Part shown: positions 1 to 8,557 of the stretch, piece by piece | Layout of the letters: every line of letters begins with the position of its first letter | How positions within the stretch are numbered: position 1 is the stretch's first letter | DNA from: Bacillota bacterium | GTDB taxonomy: Bacteria > Bacillota > Clostridia > Saccharofermentanales > DTU023 | Assembly (NCBI GenBank): GCA_023622515.1 | Contig: JAMNZB010000065.1 | Location: 8,875-72,874, forward strand | Reading direction: 5' to 3' | Length of the DNA stretch: 64,000 bases | The notes under the pieces: generated by a model | Told to the model about the DNA's origin: nothing | Databases searched by the model: none | The model's input: only the letters and a program-made list of their open reading frames with translations | Position numbers and translations under genes: made by a program

Positions 1-2
1 GT

Positions 3-215
3 TTGTCACACATAGTGGAAATGGTTGAGCCCGAAGGTATCACATATGATGTACCGGCGAATAACTCCATTATTGTAAAAGGTGCTGATAAGCAACTCGT
101 TGGCGAGATGGCGGCAAAAATCCGTGCAGTCCGCCCACCGGAGCCCTATAAAGGAAAAGGTATCCGCTATGAAAATGAAGTTGTTCGCATTAAAGAAGGC
201 AAAACAGGTGCTTAA
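3..215 (+). CDS. rplF: 50S ribosomal protein L6, C-terminal part (5' end outside window)
   Basis: Frame open to window edge; tail ...[25 protein letters not shown] is the conserved L6 C-terminus; followed by rplR-rpsE-rpmD-rplO in canonical spc order. Confidence 0.9.
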   Translation: MSHIVEMVEPEGITYDVPANNSIIVKGADKQLVGEMAAKIRAVRPPEPYKGKGIRYENEVVRIKEGKTGA

Positions 216-234
216 TAGAAAGGTAGAACGCTAA

Positions 235-600
235 ATGATTAAAAAAGTTGCAAAAAATGCAATACGTAAAAGAAAGCATTTTCGTATACGTAAGAAAATT
301 TCTGGAAGCGCTGAAAGACCAAGATTGAGCGTATTTAGAAGTAATTCCCACATCTATGCTCAAATCATTAACGATGATGATTCAAGAACACTCGTTTCTG
401 CCTCAAGTCTTGATAAAGAAAATAGGACCGGGGAGCGTGGATCCAACATTGAATCTGCCAAATTGGTCGGTAAAGCCATAGCAGAAAAAGCCTTGCAAGA
501 AGGTATTGAAGAAGTTATTTTTGACCGTAGTGGTTATATATATCATGGCCGTGTGGCAGCTTTAGCAGAAGCAGCTCGTGAAGCGGGATTGAAATTTTAA
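235..600 (+). CDS. rplR: 50S ribosomal protein L18
   Basis: 121 aa; [21 protein letters not shown]... and C-terminal [26 protein letters not shown] are L18 hallmarks; operon position. Confidence 0.95.
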   Translation: MIKKVAKNAIRKRKHFRIRKKISGSAERPRLSVFRSNSHIYAQIINDDDSRTLVSASSLDKENRTGERGSNIESAKLVGKAIAEKALQEGIEEVIFDRSGYIYHGRVAALAEAAREAGLKF

Positions 601-614
601 GAGGAGGAGCCTAC

Positions 615-1286
615 ATGCAAGATACTAACGTAGAAGTATTGGCAAATGAAGCCACTCAAGATGTAACTCAAGCTCAAGAAGCTCATGCGCGTGTGCAAAG
701 CGAGTCCACAGGAAGTAAGGATATTCGTGATTCGAGAACATCAAGAGGAAATCGCAACCCTAGAAGACGTCGTAATAGCCGCAATAAAGCTCGTAGGGAA
801 GAGAAAAAAGACGAAATTCGTGAAGAAGTTATCCACATCGGGCGTGTTGCAAAGACGGTTAAAGGTGGGAGAAACTACCGCTTTACCGCACTAGTTATTG
901 CCGGCGATGGTGAAGGCCGAGTTGGTAAGGGGCTGGGAAAAGCAGCAGAAGTTCCTGATGCCATTCGTAAGGGAATTGATGCGGCGAGAAAAAATATGAT
1001 TGAAGTACCGATAAGCGGTACAACAATTCCTCATGAAGTTTTAGGGATTTTTGGCGGTGGTAAAGTTTTACTGAAACCGGCCCCCGAAGGAACAGGCGTA
1101 ATTGCCGGTGGTCCTATTCGTGCTATTTGTGATATGGCCGGAATCAAGGATGTCCGTACAAAATCTTTGGGCAGTAATAATCCCAATAACATGGTTAATG
1201 CTGCTTTCGAGGGATTAAAACAATTAAGCTCTCTGGAAGATGTAGCAAGACGTCGTGGTAAAACAATTAAAGAAATTATAGGTTAG
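615..1286 (+). CDS. rpsE: 30S ribosomal protein S5 with ~60-aa N-terminal low-complexity extension
   Basis: Core [46 protein letters not shown]... is S5; GAGGAGG RBS just upstream of ATG 615; no alternative in-frame start before the core. Confidence 0.93.
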   Translation: MQDTNVEVLANEATQDVTQAQEAHARVQSESTGSKDIRDSRTSRGNRNPRRRRNSRNKARREEKKDEIREEVIHIGRVAKTVKGGRNYRFTALVIAGDGEGRVGKGLGKAAEVPDAIRKGIDAARKNMIEVPISGTTIPHEVLGIFGGGKVLLKPAPEGTGVIAGGPIRAICDMAGIKDVRTKSLGSNNPNNMVNAAFEGLKQLSSLEDVARRRGKTIKEIIG

Positions 1287-1295
1287 GAGAGCGAA

Positions 1296-1505
1296 ATGAA
1301 AAAATTATTAGTCACCCTAACACGCAGCAAAGCAGGCCAGAAGAAAAATCACTTAGCAAACCTTGAAGCTCTTGGTTTAGCAAAAGTTGGTGATCAAGCT
1401 CTTCATGAAGATAACGCTGCAATACGAGGAATGTGCTTTAAGGTGCAACATCTTGTAAGCGTCGAAGAAGTTGAAGTTGAAGAAGTAGAAGTGGAGGCAC
1501 GCTAA
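1296..1505 (+). CDS. rpmD: 50S ribosomal protein L30 with acidic C-terminal tail
   Basis: First ~55 aa ([26 protein letters not shown]...) L30-like; sits between rpsE and rplO; ends in [14 protein letters not shown]. Confidence 0.9.
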   Translation: MKKLLVTLTRSKAGQKKNHLANLEALGLAKVGDQALHEDNAAIRGMCFKVQHLVSVEEVEVEEVEVEAR

Positions 1506-1954
1506 TGAAAATTAATGAAATTTTCCCAAGTGAAGGCTCAAGACCGAAAGGTCGTCGTAAAGGGCGTGGACATGGCTCCGGTAATGGTAAAACTGCCGGC
1601 AGAGGCCATAAAGGTCAAAAGGCTCGTTCCGGTGGTGGTGTCGGCTTAGCTTTCGAAGGCGGGCAAATGCCTTTATACCGTAGAATACCCAAAAGAGGAT
1701 TCAACAATAAGCGTTTTGCTAAGCAGTATGTTCTTCTCAATGTGGATCAGTTAAATCAATTTGACGACGGTAGTATTGTCGATATTGATAGTATCCGCGA
1801 ATCCGGCCTAATCTCCATTCCGAAAGTGAATGATGGGCTGAAAGTTCTGGGCAATGGTGAGCTGGAGAAAAAGCTTACTGTTAAAGCAGTTTGTTATACA
1901 AAATCTGCTCGCGAAAAAATTGAAAAGGCTGGCGGAACGGCCGAGGAGGTCTAG
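1505..1954 (+). CDS. rplO: 50S ribosomal protein L15
   Basis: G/R/K-rich N-terminus [29 protein letters not shown]; ATG overlaps rpmD stop (TAATG); operon position. Confidence 0.95.
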   Translation: MKINEIFPSEGSRPKGRRKGRGHGSGNGKTAGRGHKGQKARSGGGVGLAFEGGQMPLYRRIPKRGFNNKRFAKQYVLLNVDQLNQFDDGSIVDIDSIRESGLISIPKVNDGLKVLGNGELEKKLTVKAVCYTKSAREKIEKAGGTAEEV

Positions 1955-1957
1955 GCT

Positions 1958-3259
1958 ATGGGAAGTAGCAATATATTTACAACGTTTAGGAATGCATGGC
2001 GTATTGATGATTTGCGTAAAAAAATCATCTTTACGCTACTTGCTATTCTTGCTTTCCGGTTGGGTACTCATGTGCCTGTCCCCGGTATTAGCACTTCAGC
2101 CTTTCAAGAGTTAATTATGAATTTCGGTCAGCTGGGATCCTTCCTGAATATCATTTCAGGGGGAGCCCTGCTGCAAGTTTCCATTCTTTCTCTAGGTATT
2201 CAGCCATTTATTAATGCCTCGATTATTATGCAGCTCCTCATTGTTATTATTCCGGCCTTGAAACAATTGCAAGAAGAAGGAGAAGCAGGTCGGAAGAAAA
2301 TTCAACAATATACGAGGTATTTTGCCCTTGCTTTGGGTCTGGTTATGAGTATTGCTTATTGGAATGCAACACGTTCAGCAGCTTCAACCGTCTTGCCGGC
2401 TTGGCTGAATGCTTTTGTGGTCATCCTCAGCTTTACGGCCGGTTCTGCATTTATCATGTGGTTAGCCGAACAAATTGACCAAAATGGTATTGGGAACGGT
2501 ACATCAATTATTATTGCCATTGGTATTATCAGCCGAATTCCGGATGTTGCTAAACAATTGTACTATACGGCAAGATCATGGACAGCCACCGGTAATGTTC
2601 TTGTTGCTCTCCTGGGTGTTTTGGCTGTTATGGCCTTCTTTGTCTTTATTATTTACGTTGTTGTATATGTCTCGACAGCGGAAAGAAAAATTCCGATTCA
2701 ATATGCCAAAAGAGTGGTTGGGCGAAAAATATATGGCGGTCAAAGTTCCTACTTACCGATAAAGGTCAACCAATCAGGTGTTTTGCCGGTTATCTTTGCG
2801 GTTAGCGTTTTAATGCTTCCGTCGACAATTGCCGGATTTGTTGGAGGGACAGGAAAAATATCTCAGTTCTTTTTGAACTTTAACCAACACTTTAGCTACT
2901 ATATCATCTATTTCCTGATGATTTTCGGTTTCACCTTCTTCTATTCGAGTATTTCTTTTGATCCTGTAGATATTTCAAGAAATATTCAAAAGAATGGTGG
3001 CTATATTCCGGGAATAAGGCCGGGTAGACCGACAGCAGATTACATTAAAGATTCTGCTCGAAAACTATCCTGGTTTGAAGCATTATTTTTAGCTTTCATC
3101 GTCTTAATGCCTTCGCTTTTGAGTTTTATTACCGGCACAAGTCAGGCCCTGTGGTTTGGTGGTACAGGGGTCATGATTGTAGTAGGTGTTGCCCTGGACA
3201 TCGTCAATCAACTGGAAGCCCAAATGATGATGAGACACTACAAAGGCTTCTTGGATTAA
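1958..3259 (+). CDS. secY: Preprotein translocase subunit SecY
   Basis: 433 aa polytopic membrane protein; typical SecY N-terminus (...LRKKIIFTLLAILAFRLGTHVPVPGI) and position after rplO. Confidence 0.95.
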   Translation: MGSSNIFTTFRNAWRIDDLRKKIIFTLLAILAFRLGTHVPVPGISTSAFQELIMNFGQLGSFLNIISGGALLQVSILSLGIQPFINASIIMQLLIVIIPALKQLQEEGEAGRKKIQQYTRYFALALGLVMSIAYWNATRSAASTVLPAWLNAFVVILSFTAGSAFIMWLAEQIDQNGIGNGTSIIIAIGIISRIPDVAKQLYYTARSWTATGNVLVALLGVLAVMAFFVFIIYVVVYVSTAERKIPIQYAKRVVGRKIYGGQSSYLPIKVNQSGVLPVIFAVSVLMLPSTIAGFVGGTGKISQFFLNFNQHFSYYIIYFLMIFGFTFFYSSISFDPVDISRNIQKNGGYIPGIRPGRPTADYIKDSARKLSWFEALFLAFIVLMPSLLSFITGTSQALWFGGTGVMIVVGVALDIVNQLEAQMMMRHYKGFLD

Positions 3260-3277
3260 AATTTTATTTACACTGAT

Positions 3278-3320
3278 GCACTGCCTACTCAAAGTACTGA
3301 GTAGGCAGTGCTTATCTATT
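3278..3320 (+). terminator. Strong hairpin (13-bp stem GCACTGCCTACTC / GAGTAGGCAGTGC, 8-nt loop) + T-rich tail between secY and adk; terminator or attenuator
   Basis: Perfect inverted repeat 3278-3290 / 3299-3311 followed by TTATCTATTT. Confidence 0.6.
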
Positions 3321-3339
3321 TGAAAGTATAGGAGTTATT

Positions 3340-3987
3340 ATGCGATTAGTTTTTTTAGGGGCCCCGGGTGTTGGCAAGGGGACCATTGCTGAAACTTTTT
3401 CCGCTGAGGCAGGCTTAGCTCATATTTCAACCGGGGCTATTTTGCGTGAGCAGATTAAAGAGGGTAGCGATTTAGGCAAGGCGGCAAAGTCATATATTGA
3501 TGCCGGAGACTTAGTTCCTGACAAGCTTGTATCTGATATGCTTGCTGAACATTTAAAAAATTGTAAAAGGGGATATATTCTGGACGGATATCCGCGTACT
3601 ATTGAGCAAGCAAAATTTTTAGATGACTTGCTGGACCAGTTGGAAACACCGTTAAATGCTGTTGTTCTGGTAGAGATACCGGAGAAGACTATTGTTGAAC
3701 GCCTAACCTCTCGCTTAACCTGTAAGAGTTGCGGGGCAATTTATAATACAAAAAATCAGCCTTCTGAAAAAGAGGGAATTTGTGACAAGTGCGGTCATGA
3801 GCTAATACAAAGAGACGATGATAAAGAGGAGGTAATTGTTCAACGTCTGAAAACTTATGAAAGTAAGACAAAGCCCTTAATCGATTTTTATAAAAAGAAG
3901 GATTTGCTTTTGACAGTTGATAATTCCGGTAGCCCTGAAGAGGCTGTCGAGAATCTAAAACAAGTTTTATCAGAAAAGGAAGAGTAA
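3340..3987 (+). CDS. adk: Adenylate kinase (zinc-lid type)
   Basis: P-loop GAPGVGKGT; LID with CKSCG...CDKCG cysteine pairs; canonical position after secY. Confidence 0.95.
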   Translation: MRLVFLGAPGVGKGTIAETFSAEAGLAHISTGAILREQIKEGSDLGKAAKSYIDAGDLVPDKLVSDMLAEHLKNCKRGYILDGYPRTIEQAKFLDDLLDQLETPLNAVVLVEIPEKTIVERLTSRLTCKSCGAIYNTKNQPSEKEGICDKCGHELIQRDDDKEEVIVQRLKTYESKTKPLIDFYKKKDLLLTVDNSGSPEEAVENLKQVLSEKEE

Positions 3988-3989
3988 TT

Positions 3990-4760
3990 TTGGTTATTAT
4001 TAAAACAGAGAACGAAATTGACTTAATGAAGGAATCAGGAGCGATAACAGCCTCTGTTTTTGAAGTACTTGAGAAGAAGATTCGTCCGGGAATCAGCACG
4101 AAAGATATTGATGATTTAGTCTATGAACATATTAGCTCACAGGGAGGGACACCTTCTTTTTTACATTACGGCGAACCGCCATTTCCGGCTTCCGCCTGTG
4201 TTTCCATCAATGAAGAGGTAGTCCATGGAATTCCTGCTGCTAACCGGATTTTAAAAAATGGAGATATTGTTTCTGTTGATGTTGGCACATTTTTTCAAGG
4301 TTTTCATTCAGACGCCTGCAGAACCTTTCTATGTGGTGAGGTTGCTGAAGAAGTACAAAAACTCGTGAGGGTTACCGAGGAGTCATTTTGGAAGGCTGTA
4401 GAAAAAGCAGTTATCGGTAATCGAATTGGTGATATCTCTTATGCCGTTCAAGAACATTGTGAGAAGCATGGTTTTGGAGTTGTGCGCGAATTAAGTGGAC
4501 ACGGCATCGGAAGGAACTTGCACGAGGATCCGGAAATTTTGAATTACGGAAGGCCGGGCACAGGAATGCGACTGGCCGAAGGCATGGTTATTTGTATTGA
4601 GCCCATGATTACTCTGGGTTCACCTCGCATAAGCCTTTTAGACGACGAGTGGACGATTGTTACCCGAGATGGAAAAGCGGCATCTCACTATGAAAATACG
4701 GTAGCCATTACGAGAAATGGCCCGATTATCTTGACTTGTACAGGAAAAAGCACTATATAA
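3990..4760 (+). CDS. map: Methionine aminopeptidase type I
   Basis: TTG start 3 nt after adk stop; MetAP motifs (...VHGIP..., DVG..., HGIGRNLHEDP, ...YENTVAIT); position adk-map-infA. Confidence 0.93.
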   Translation: MVIIKTENEIDLMKESGAITASVFEVLEKKIRPGISTKDIDDLVYEHISSQGGTPSFLHYGEPPFPASACVSINEEVVHGIPAANRILKNGDIVSVDVGTFFQGFHSDACRTFLCGEVAEEVQKLVRVTEESFWKAVEKAVIGNRIGDISYAVQEHCEKHGFGVVRELSGHGIGRNLHEDPEILNYGRPGTGMRLAEGMVICIEPMITLGSPRISLLDDEWTIVTRDGKAASHYENTVAITRNGPIILTCTGKSTI

Positions 4761-4826
4761 TATAAATGCTCAGGCAGTAAATGCCTATAAATACTAGCTA
4801 AAAGAAGATTAAGGAAGGAGATTTTG

Positions 4827-5045
4827 ATGGCAAGAGAGGATTTAATTGAAGTACAGGGGACCGTTATCGAAACGCTACCCAATACAATTTTTAGGGTAGA
4901 ACTTGATAATGGCCATGTTGTTCAAGCTCATTTATCCGGCAAGCTAAGGCAGCATTATATAAAAATCCTTACCGGAGATCGTGTCACCCTGGAACTTTCT
5001 CCCTATGATTTAACAAAAGGAAGAATTACTTGGCGTTCGAAATAG
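4827..5045 (+). CDS. infA: Translation initiation factor IF-1
   Basis: [30 protein letters not shown]...[16 protein letters not shown] matches IF-1 pattern; AAGGAAGGAG RBS; track ORF starts one codon earlier at TTG 4824. Confidence 0.95.
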   Translation: MAREDLIEVQGTVIETLPNTIFRVELDNGHVVQAHLSGKLRQHYIKILTGDRVTLELSPYDLTKGRITWRSK

Positions 5046-5115
5046 ATAAGTTTATTATTTGAATTCCTATAAACCATATTTACAGGAATATTCAGAGAAA
5101 AACAGGCAAAATTGC

Positions 5116-5143
5116 TTGATTTTCTAAGGATTGTGTATATAAT
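5116..5143 (+). promoter_or_regulatory. Candidate sigma-A promoter for rpmJ (-35 TTGATT, 16-nt spacer, -10 TATAAT)
   Basis: TTGATT 5116-5121 and TATAAT 5138-5143 read directly; a 7-bp hairpin CAAAACC/GGTTTTG (5157-5175) follows in the putative 5' UTR. Confidence 0.4.
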
Positions 5144-5209
5144 TATATGGTACGCTCAAAACCGGCATGGTTTTGTGTGCTTATTTTAGTTAAGAAAGGG
5201 GTAATTGAA

Positions 5210-5323
5210 ATGAAGGTAAGACCTTCCGTAAAGAAAATATGTGACAAGTGTCGCATTATAAAAAGACGCGGTCGGGTTATGGTCATTTGTTCTGACCCAA
5301 GACACAAGCAACGTCAGGGCTAA
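5210..5323 (+). CDS. rpmJ: 50S ribosomal protein L36 (37 aa; not in the supplied ORF track)
   Basis: Manual translation [37 protein letters not shown] ; zinc-ribbon type L36; between infA and rpsM as usual. Confidence 0.93.
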   Translation: MKVRPSVKKICDKCRIIKRRGRVMVICSDPRHKQRQG

Positions 5324-5515
5324 TCCATAACTACATTACAGTCATGTAGTTAAGAAGGCAAGTTTCTTTTTGATCAGGAGATTCTTTGCTAAATTAAGCA
5401 CACGAGACAGGATGCGGCTGCATCAATCTGAAGATTGTTGTTTCCTACATTCGTGTTTGCATATAGATTTTATGATCGTATACAAATAAACACTCAGATT
5501 GATGGAGGTATATTA

Positions 5516-5884
5516 ATGGCACGTATCGCTGGGGTAGATTTACCTAATGAAAAACGTGTAGAGGTTGGCTTGACCTATATATATGGAATTGGTCGCGCAA
5601 CGTCTAAACTAATTTTAGAAGCATGTGAAATTAATCCGGATACTAGGGTTAAGGACCTTAGTGAAGATGAAATTTCGAAGATTAGAGATGAGATTGATCG
5701 TTCTTACCATGTTGAAGGCGATCTTCGTCGTGAAATCGGTATGAACTTAAAACGTTTACAGGAAATAGGTTCATATCGTGGTCGTCGCCACAGAATGGGC
5801 TTACCCGTTAGAGGTCAAAGAACAAAGACCAATGCACGGACAAGAAAAGGTCCCGGTGCAATGGGTAAACGCAAGAAAAGATAG
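5516..5884 (+). CDS. rpsM: 30S ribosomal protein S13
   Basis: [30 protein letters not shown]... is the S13 N-terminus; GGAGG RBS upstream of ATG 5516; the track ORF (from 5435) is an upstream TTG artefact. Confidence 0.95.
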   Translation: MARIAGVDLPNEKRVEVGLTYIYGIGRATSKLILEACEINPDTRVKDLSEDEISKIRDEIDRSYHVEGDLRREIGMNLKRLQEIGSYRGRRHRMGLPVRGQRTKTNARTRKGPGAMGKRKKR

Positions 5885-5894
5885 GAGTCTGTAA

Positions 5895-6305
5895 ATGTCA
5901 AGAAATCCAAGAAGAGGCTCTGCTAAGGGCGGACGCGTAAGAAGAAGAGATAGAAAAAATATTGATTCCGGTATAGTGCATATTCACTCTACCTTTAATA
6001 ATACTATTGTTACGATTACCGATACCCAAGGAAATGTTATTGCTTGGTCCAGTGCAGGCGCACAGGGTATGAGAGGTTCACGTAAGAACACCCCTTTTGC
6101 TGCACAACTTTCTTCTGAAACGGCAGCCAAAAAAGCAATGGAACATGGTCTTAGAACAGTTGAAGTAAATGTAAAGGGGCCCGGCGCCGGTCGTGAATCC
6201 GCCATACGTGCGCTTGCTACAGCCGGCTTAGAAGTTACCGTTATCCGTGATGTTACACCTATTCCCCATAACGGATGTCGTCCCCCGAAACGTCGTAGAG
6301 TATAG
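5895..6305 (+). CDS. rpsK: 30S ribosomal protein S11
   Basis: ...[30 protein letters not shown]...[16 protein letters not shown] is S11. Confidence 0.95.
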   Translation: MSRNPRRGSAKGGRVRRRDRKNIDSGIVHIHSTFNNTIVTITDTQGNVIAWSSAGAQGMRGSRKNTPFAAQLSSETAAKKAMEHGLRTVEVNVKGPGAGRESAIRALATAGLEVTVIRDVTPIPHNGCRPPKRRRV

Positions 6306-6316
6306 AGGAGTTAAGA

Positions 6317-6934
6317 ATGGCAAAATATACTGATGCTACTTGTCGCCTTTGCAGACGAGAAAATGATAAATTATTTTTAAAGGGTGATCGTTGTTATTCG
6401 AATAAATGTGCTATGGTTCGCCGTAAAGGCCCCCCTGGCCAAAATGTTGGAAGAAGACGGAAAGAGTCTGAATACGGTCGCCAATTACGGGCAAAACAAA
6501 AAACAAAACGCTTCTATGGTGTTTTAGAGAAACAATTCCGCAAGACATACGCAAGGGCTGAACAAATGTCCGGCATTACCGGTGAAAATCTCTTGCAGCT
6601 CTTGGAACGTCGCTTTGATAATGTTGTTTATCGTTTGGGTTTTGCCGAATCACGTGCGATGGCCAGACAGCTTGTAACACACGGTCACTTCCATGTAAAT
6701 GGAAAGCGCTTGGATATTCCCTCTGCTACTTTGAATGAGGGTGATGAGATTACTGTCATCGAGCGGTCAAAAAAATTAATGCCTTTTGCTGAATTAGAAG
6801 CAAGCACAACTGTTCCCGCATGGTTAGAAATGGATGTTAACCAGTTAAAGGGTAAAATTGTCAGCTTGCCAACTCGTGAAGAAATTGATATTAATGTTGA
6901 AGAAACACTAATTGTTGAGCTTTACTCGAAATAA
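6317..6934 (+). CDS. rpsD: 30S ribosomal protein S4
   Basis: [31 protein letters not shown] (zinc-type S4 N-terminus), S4 RNA-binding domain ...[26 protein letters not shown]. Confidence 0.95.
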   Translation: MAKYTDATCRLCRRENDKLFLKGDRCYSNKCAMVRRKGPPGQNVGRRRKESEYGRQLRAKQKTKRFYGVLEKQFRKTYARAEQMSGITGENLLQLLERRFDNVVYRLGFAESRAMARQLVTHGHFHVNGKRLDIPSATLNEGDEITVIERSKKLMPFAELEASTTVPAWLEMDVNQLKGKIVSLPTREEIDINVEETLIVELYSK

Positions 6935-6975
6935 TTAGCTTGTTTGTTGTGACATTGCCACTAAAGGAGGCCTAA

Positions 6976-7932
6976 GTGTTAGATATAAAAGTTCCTACAA
7001 TTGAATGCCTGAAACATAGTGAAAACGGCTTCTACGGCAAGTATAGTTTTGAACCGTTAGAGCGGGGATATGGTACCACTCTTGGTAATGCCTTGAGACG
7101 GGTCTTATTATCCTCCCTACCGGGTGCTGCAGTGACAGCGCTTCGAGTTGAACATGTATATCATGAATTTTCTACCATTCCCGGTGTAATTGAGGATATG
7201 ACTGAGGTTATCCTCAATGTTAAGTCAATACGCGCTCGCGTACATTCTGATGGCCCGAAAACGGCTCAAATCAAAGTTGAAAAAGGGAAAAGCGGTCCGA
7301 TTACCGCTGGAGATATTATTCATGACGATGAACTGGAAATCATCAATGAAGATCAAGTTATTTTTACGGCTAATGGAGATTCAGAGATTTATGTTGAATT
7401 TACCTTTGTCAAAGGCGTAGGCTATAAGAGTTCAGAGGAAAATAAGTGGCCTCATCAACCTATCGGTGTTATTCCGATTGATTCTATCTTTAACCCTGTA
7501 AGAAAAGTGAACTATTCTATTGAGAATGCTCGTGTAGGACAGGTAACAGATTTTGACTGTTTGATTTTAGAGATAGAAACGGATGGCACAATAAATACAA
7601 CAGATGCTCTGAAATATGCGGCAAAGCATTTGATTGAGCATTTGAAGCCCTTCACTGTGTTAAACCATGAGGAATTAAGTCAAGGTGAAGAAGAGCTTGA
7701 AATTGTTGAAGAGCATGATGAGGTACATGATACCATTATCGAGGACTTAGATTTTTCTGTTCGTACATACAACTGCCTGAAACGAGCGAATATTAATAAC
7801 GTTGGTGATCTGATTGCTCGTACGGAAGAAGACATGATGAAAGTAAGAAATTTAGGTAAAAAATCACTTGAAGAAATTGTCTTAAAACTTGATGAGATTG
7901 GCTTAGAGCTTGCAAAAGAAACAGAAGAATAG
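6976..7932 (+). CDS. rpoA: DNA-directed RNA polymerase subunit alpha
   Basis: GTG start after AAAGGAGG; ...FEPLERGYGTTLGNALRRVLLSSLPGAAV... and C-terminal domain ...SVRTYNCLKRANINNVGDL... Confidence 0.95.
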   Translation: MLDIKVPTIECLKHSENGFYGKYSFEPLERGYGTTLGNALRRVLLSSLPGAAVTALRVEHVYHEFSTIPGVIEDMTEVILNVKSIRARVHSDGPKTAQIKVEKGKSGPITAGDIIHDDELEIINEDQVIFTANGDSEIYVEFTFVKGVGYKSSEENKWPHQPIGVIPIDSIFNPVRKVNYSIENARVGQVTDFDCLILEIETDGTINTTDALKYAAKHLIEHLKPFTVLNHEELSQGEEELEIVEEHDEVHDTIIEDLDFSVRTYNCLKRANINNVGDLIARTEEDMMKVRNLGKKSLEEIVLKLDEIGLELAKETEE

Positions 7933-7965
7933 GCCAGGTACTTAATTATAGGAGGATGAGGTAAA

Positions 7966-8490
7966 ATGTCAGGATATAGAAAGCTTAGCCGTAGGTCGGA
8001 CTTAAGGCGTGCCCTCTTAAAGAATCAAATTACGTCTTTATTAGTCCACGGTCATTTGACAACTACAGATGCTAGAGCGGAAGAAGTTCAAAGACAAGCG
8101 GAGAAAATTATTACTCTCGCTATAAAAGAATATAAAAATTACGAAAGCAAAGAAGTTGAAGTTTCAAAAGCAAAATTAGATGACAAGGGTAGAAAACTTT
8201 TGCAATCTAAAACTTCAAAGAATGGTGCTTCATATGATGTTGTGCAAAGAGAAATGGGCACAAAACTTGTGCAGGTTGATAAACCGTCAAGGCTTGCCGC
8301 AAGACGTCAAATGTTGCGCTTTATGAATGAAATGAAAGATGAAAATGGTAAACGGATCCAAACGGTAAACCACGTGTTCAATGAAGTTGCCCCACGTTAT
8401 GAAGGTCGACAAGGTGGTTATACGAGAATTATTAAACTTGGTGCACGTCGCGGTGATGGTGCCAATATGGTTAGAATTGAGCTCGTCTAG
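7966..8490 (+). CDS. rplQ: 50S ribosomal protein L17 with ~55-aa internal insertion
   Basis: N-terminus MSGYRKLSRRSDLRRALLKNQ... and C-terminus ...RQGGYTRIIKLGARRGDGANMVRIELV are L17; 174 aa versus ~120 aa typical. Confidence 0.93.
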   Translation: MSGYRKLSRRSDLRRALLKNQITSLLVHGHLTTTDARAEEVQRQAEKIITLAIKEYKNYESKEVEVSKAKLDDKGRKLLQSKTSKNGASYDVVQREMGTKLVQVDKPSRLAARRQMLRFMNEMKDENGKRIQTVNHVFNEVAPRYEGRQGGYTRIIKLGARRGDGANMVRIELV

Positions 8491-8515
8491 TCTCAAGCAT
8501 GTATAAGTTATCCGA

Positions 8516-8546
8516 GGGGCATCTATTTGAGATGCCCCTTTTTTTG
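8516..8546 (+). terminator. Rho-independent terminator ending the alpha operon
   Basis: GGGGCATCT (8516-8524) / AGATGCCCC (8530-8538) stem followed by a run of 7 T. Confidence 0.85.
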
Positions 8547-8557
8547 AGGCGAGGTAG

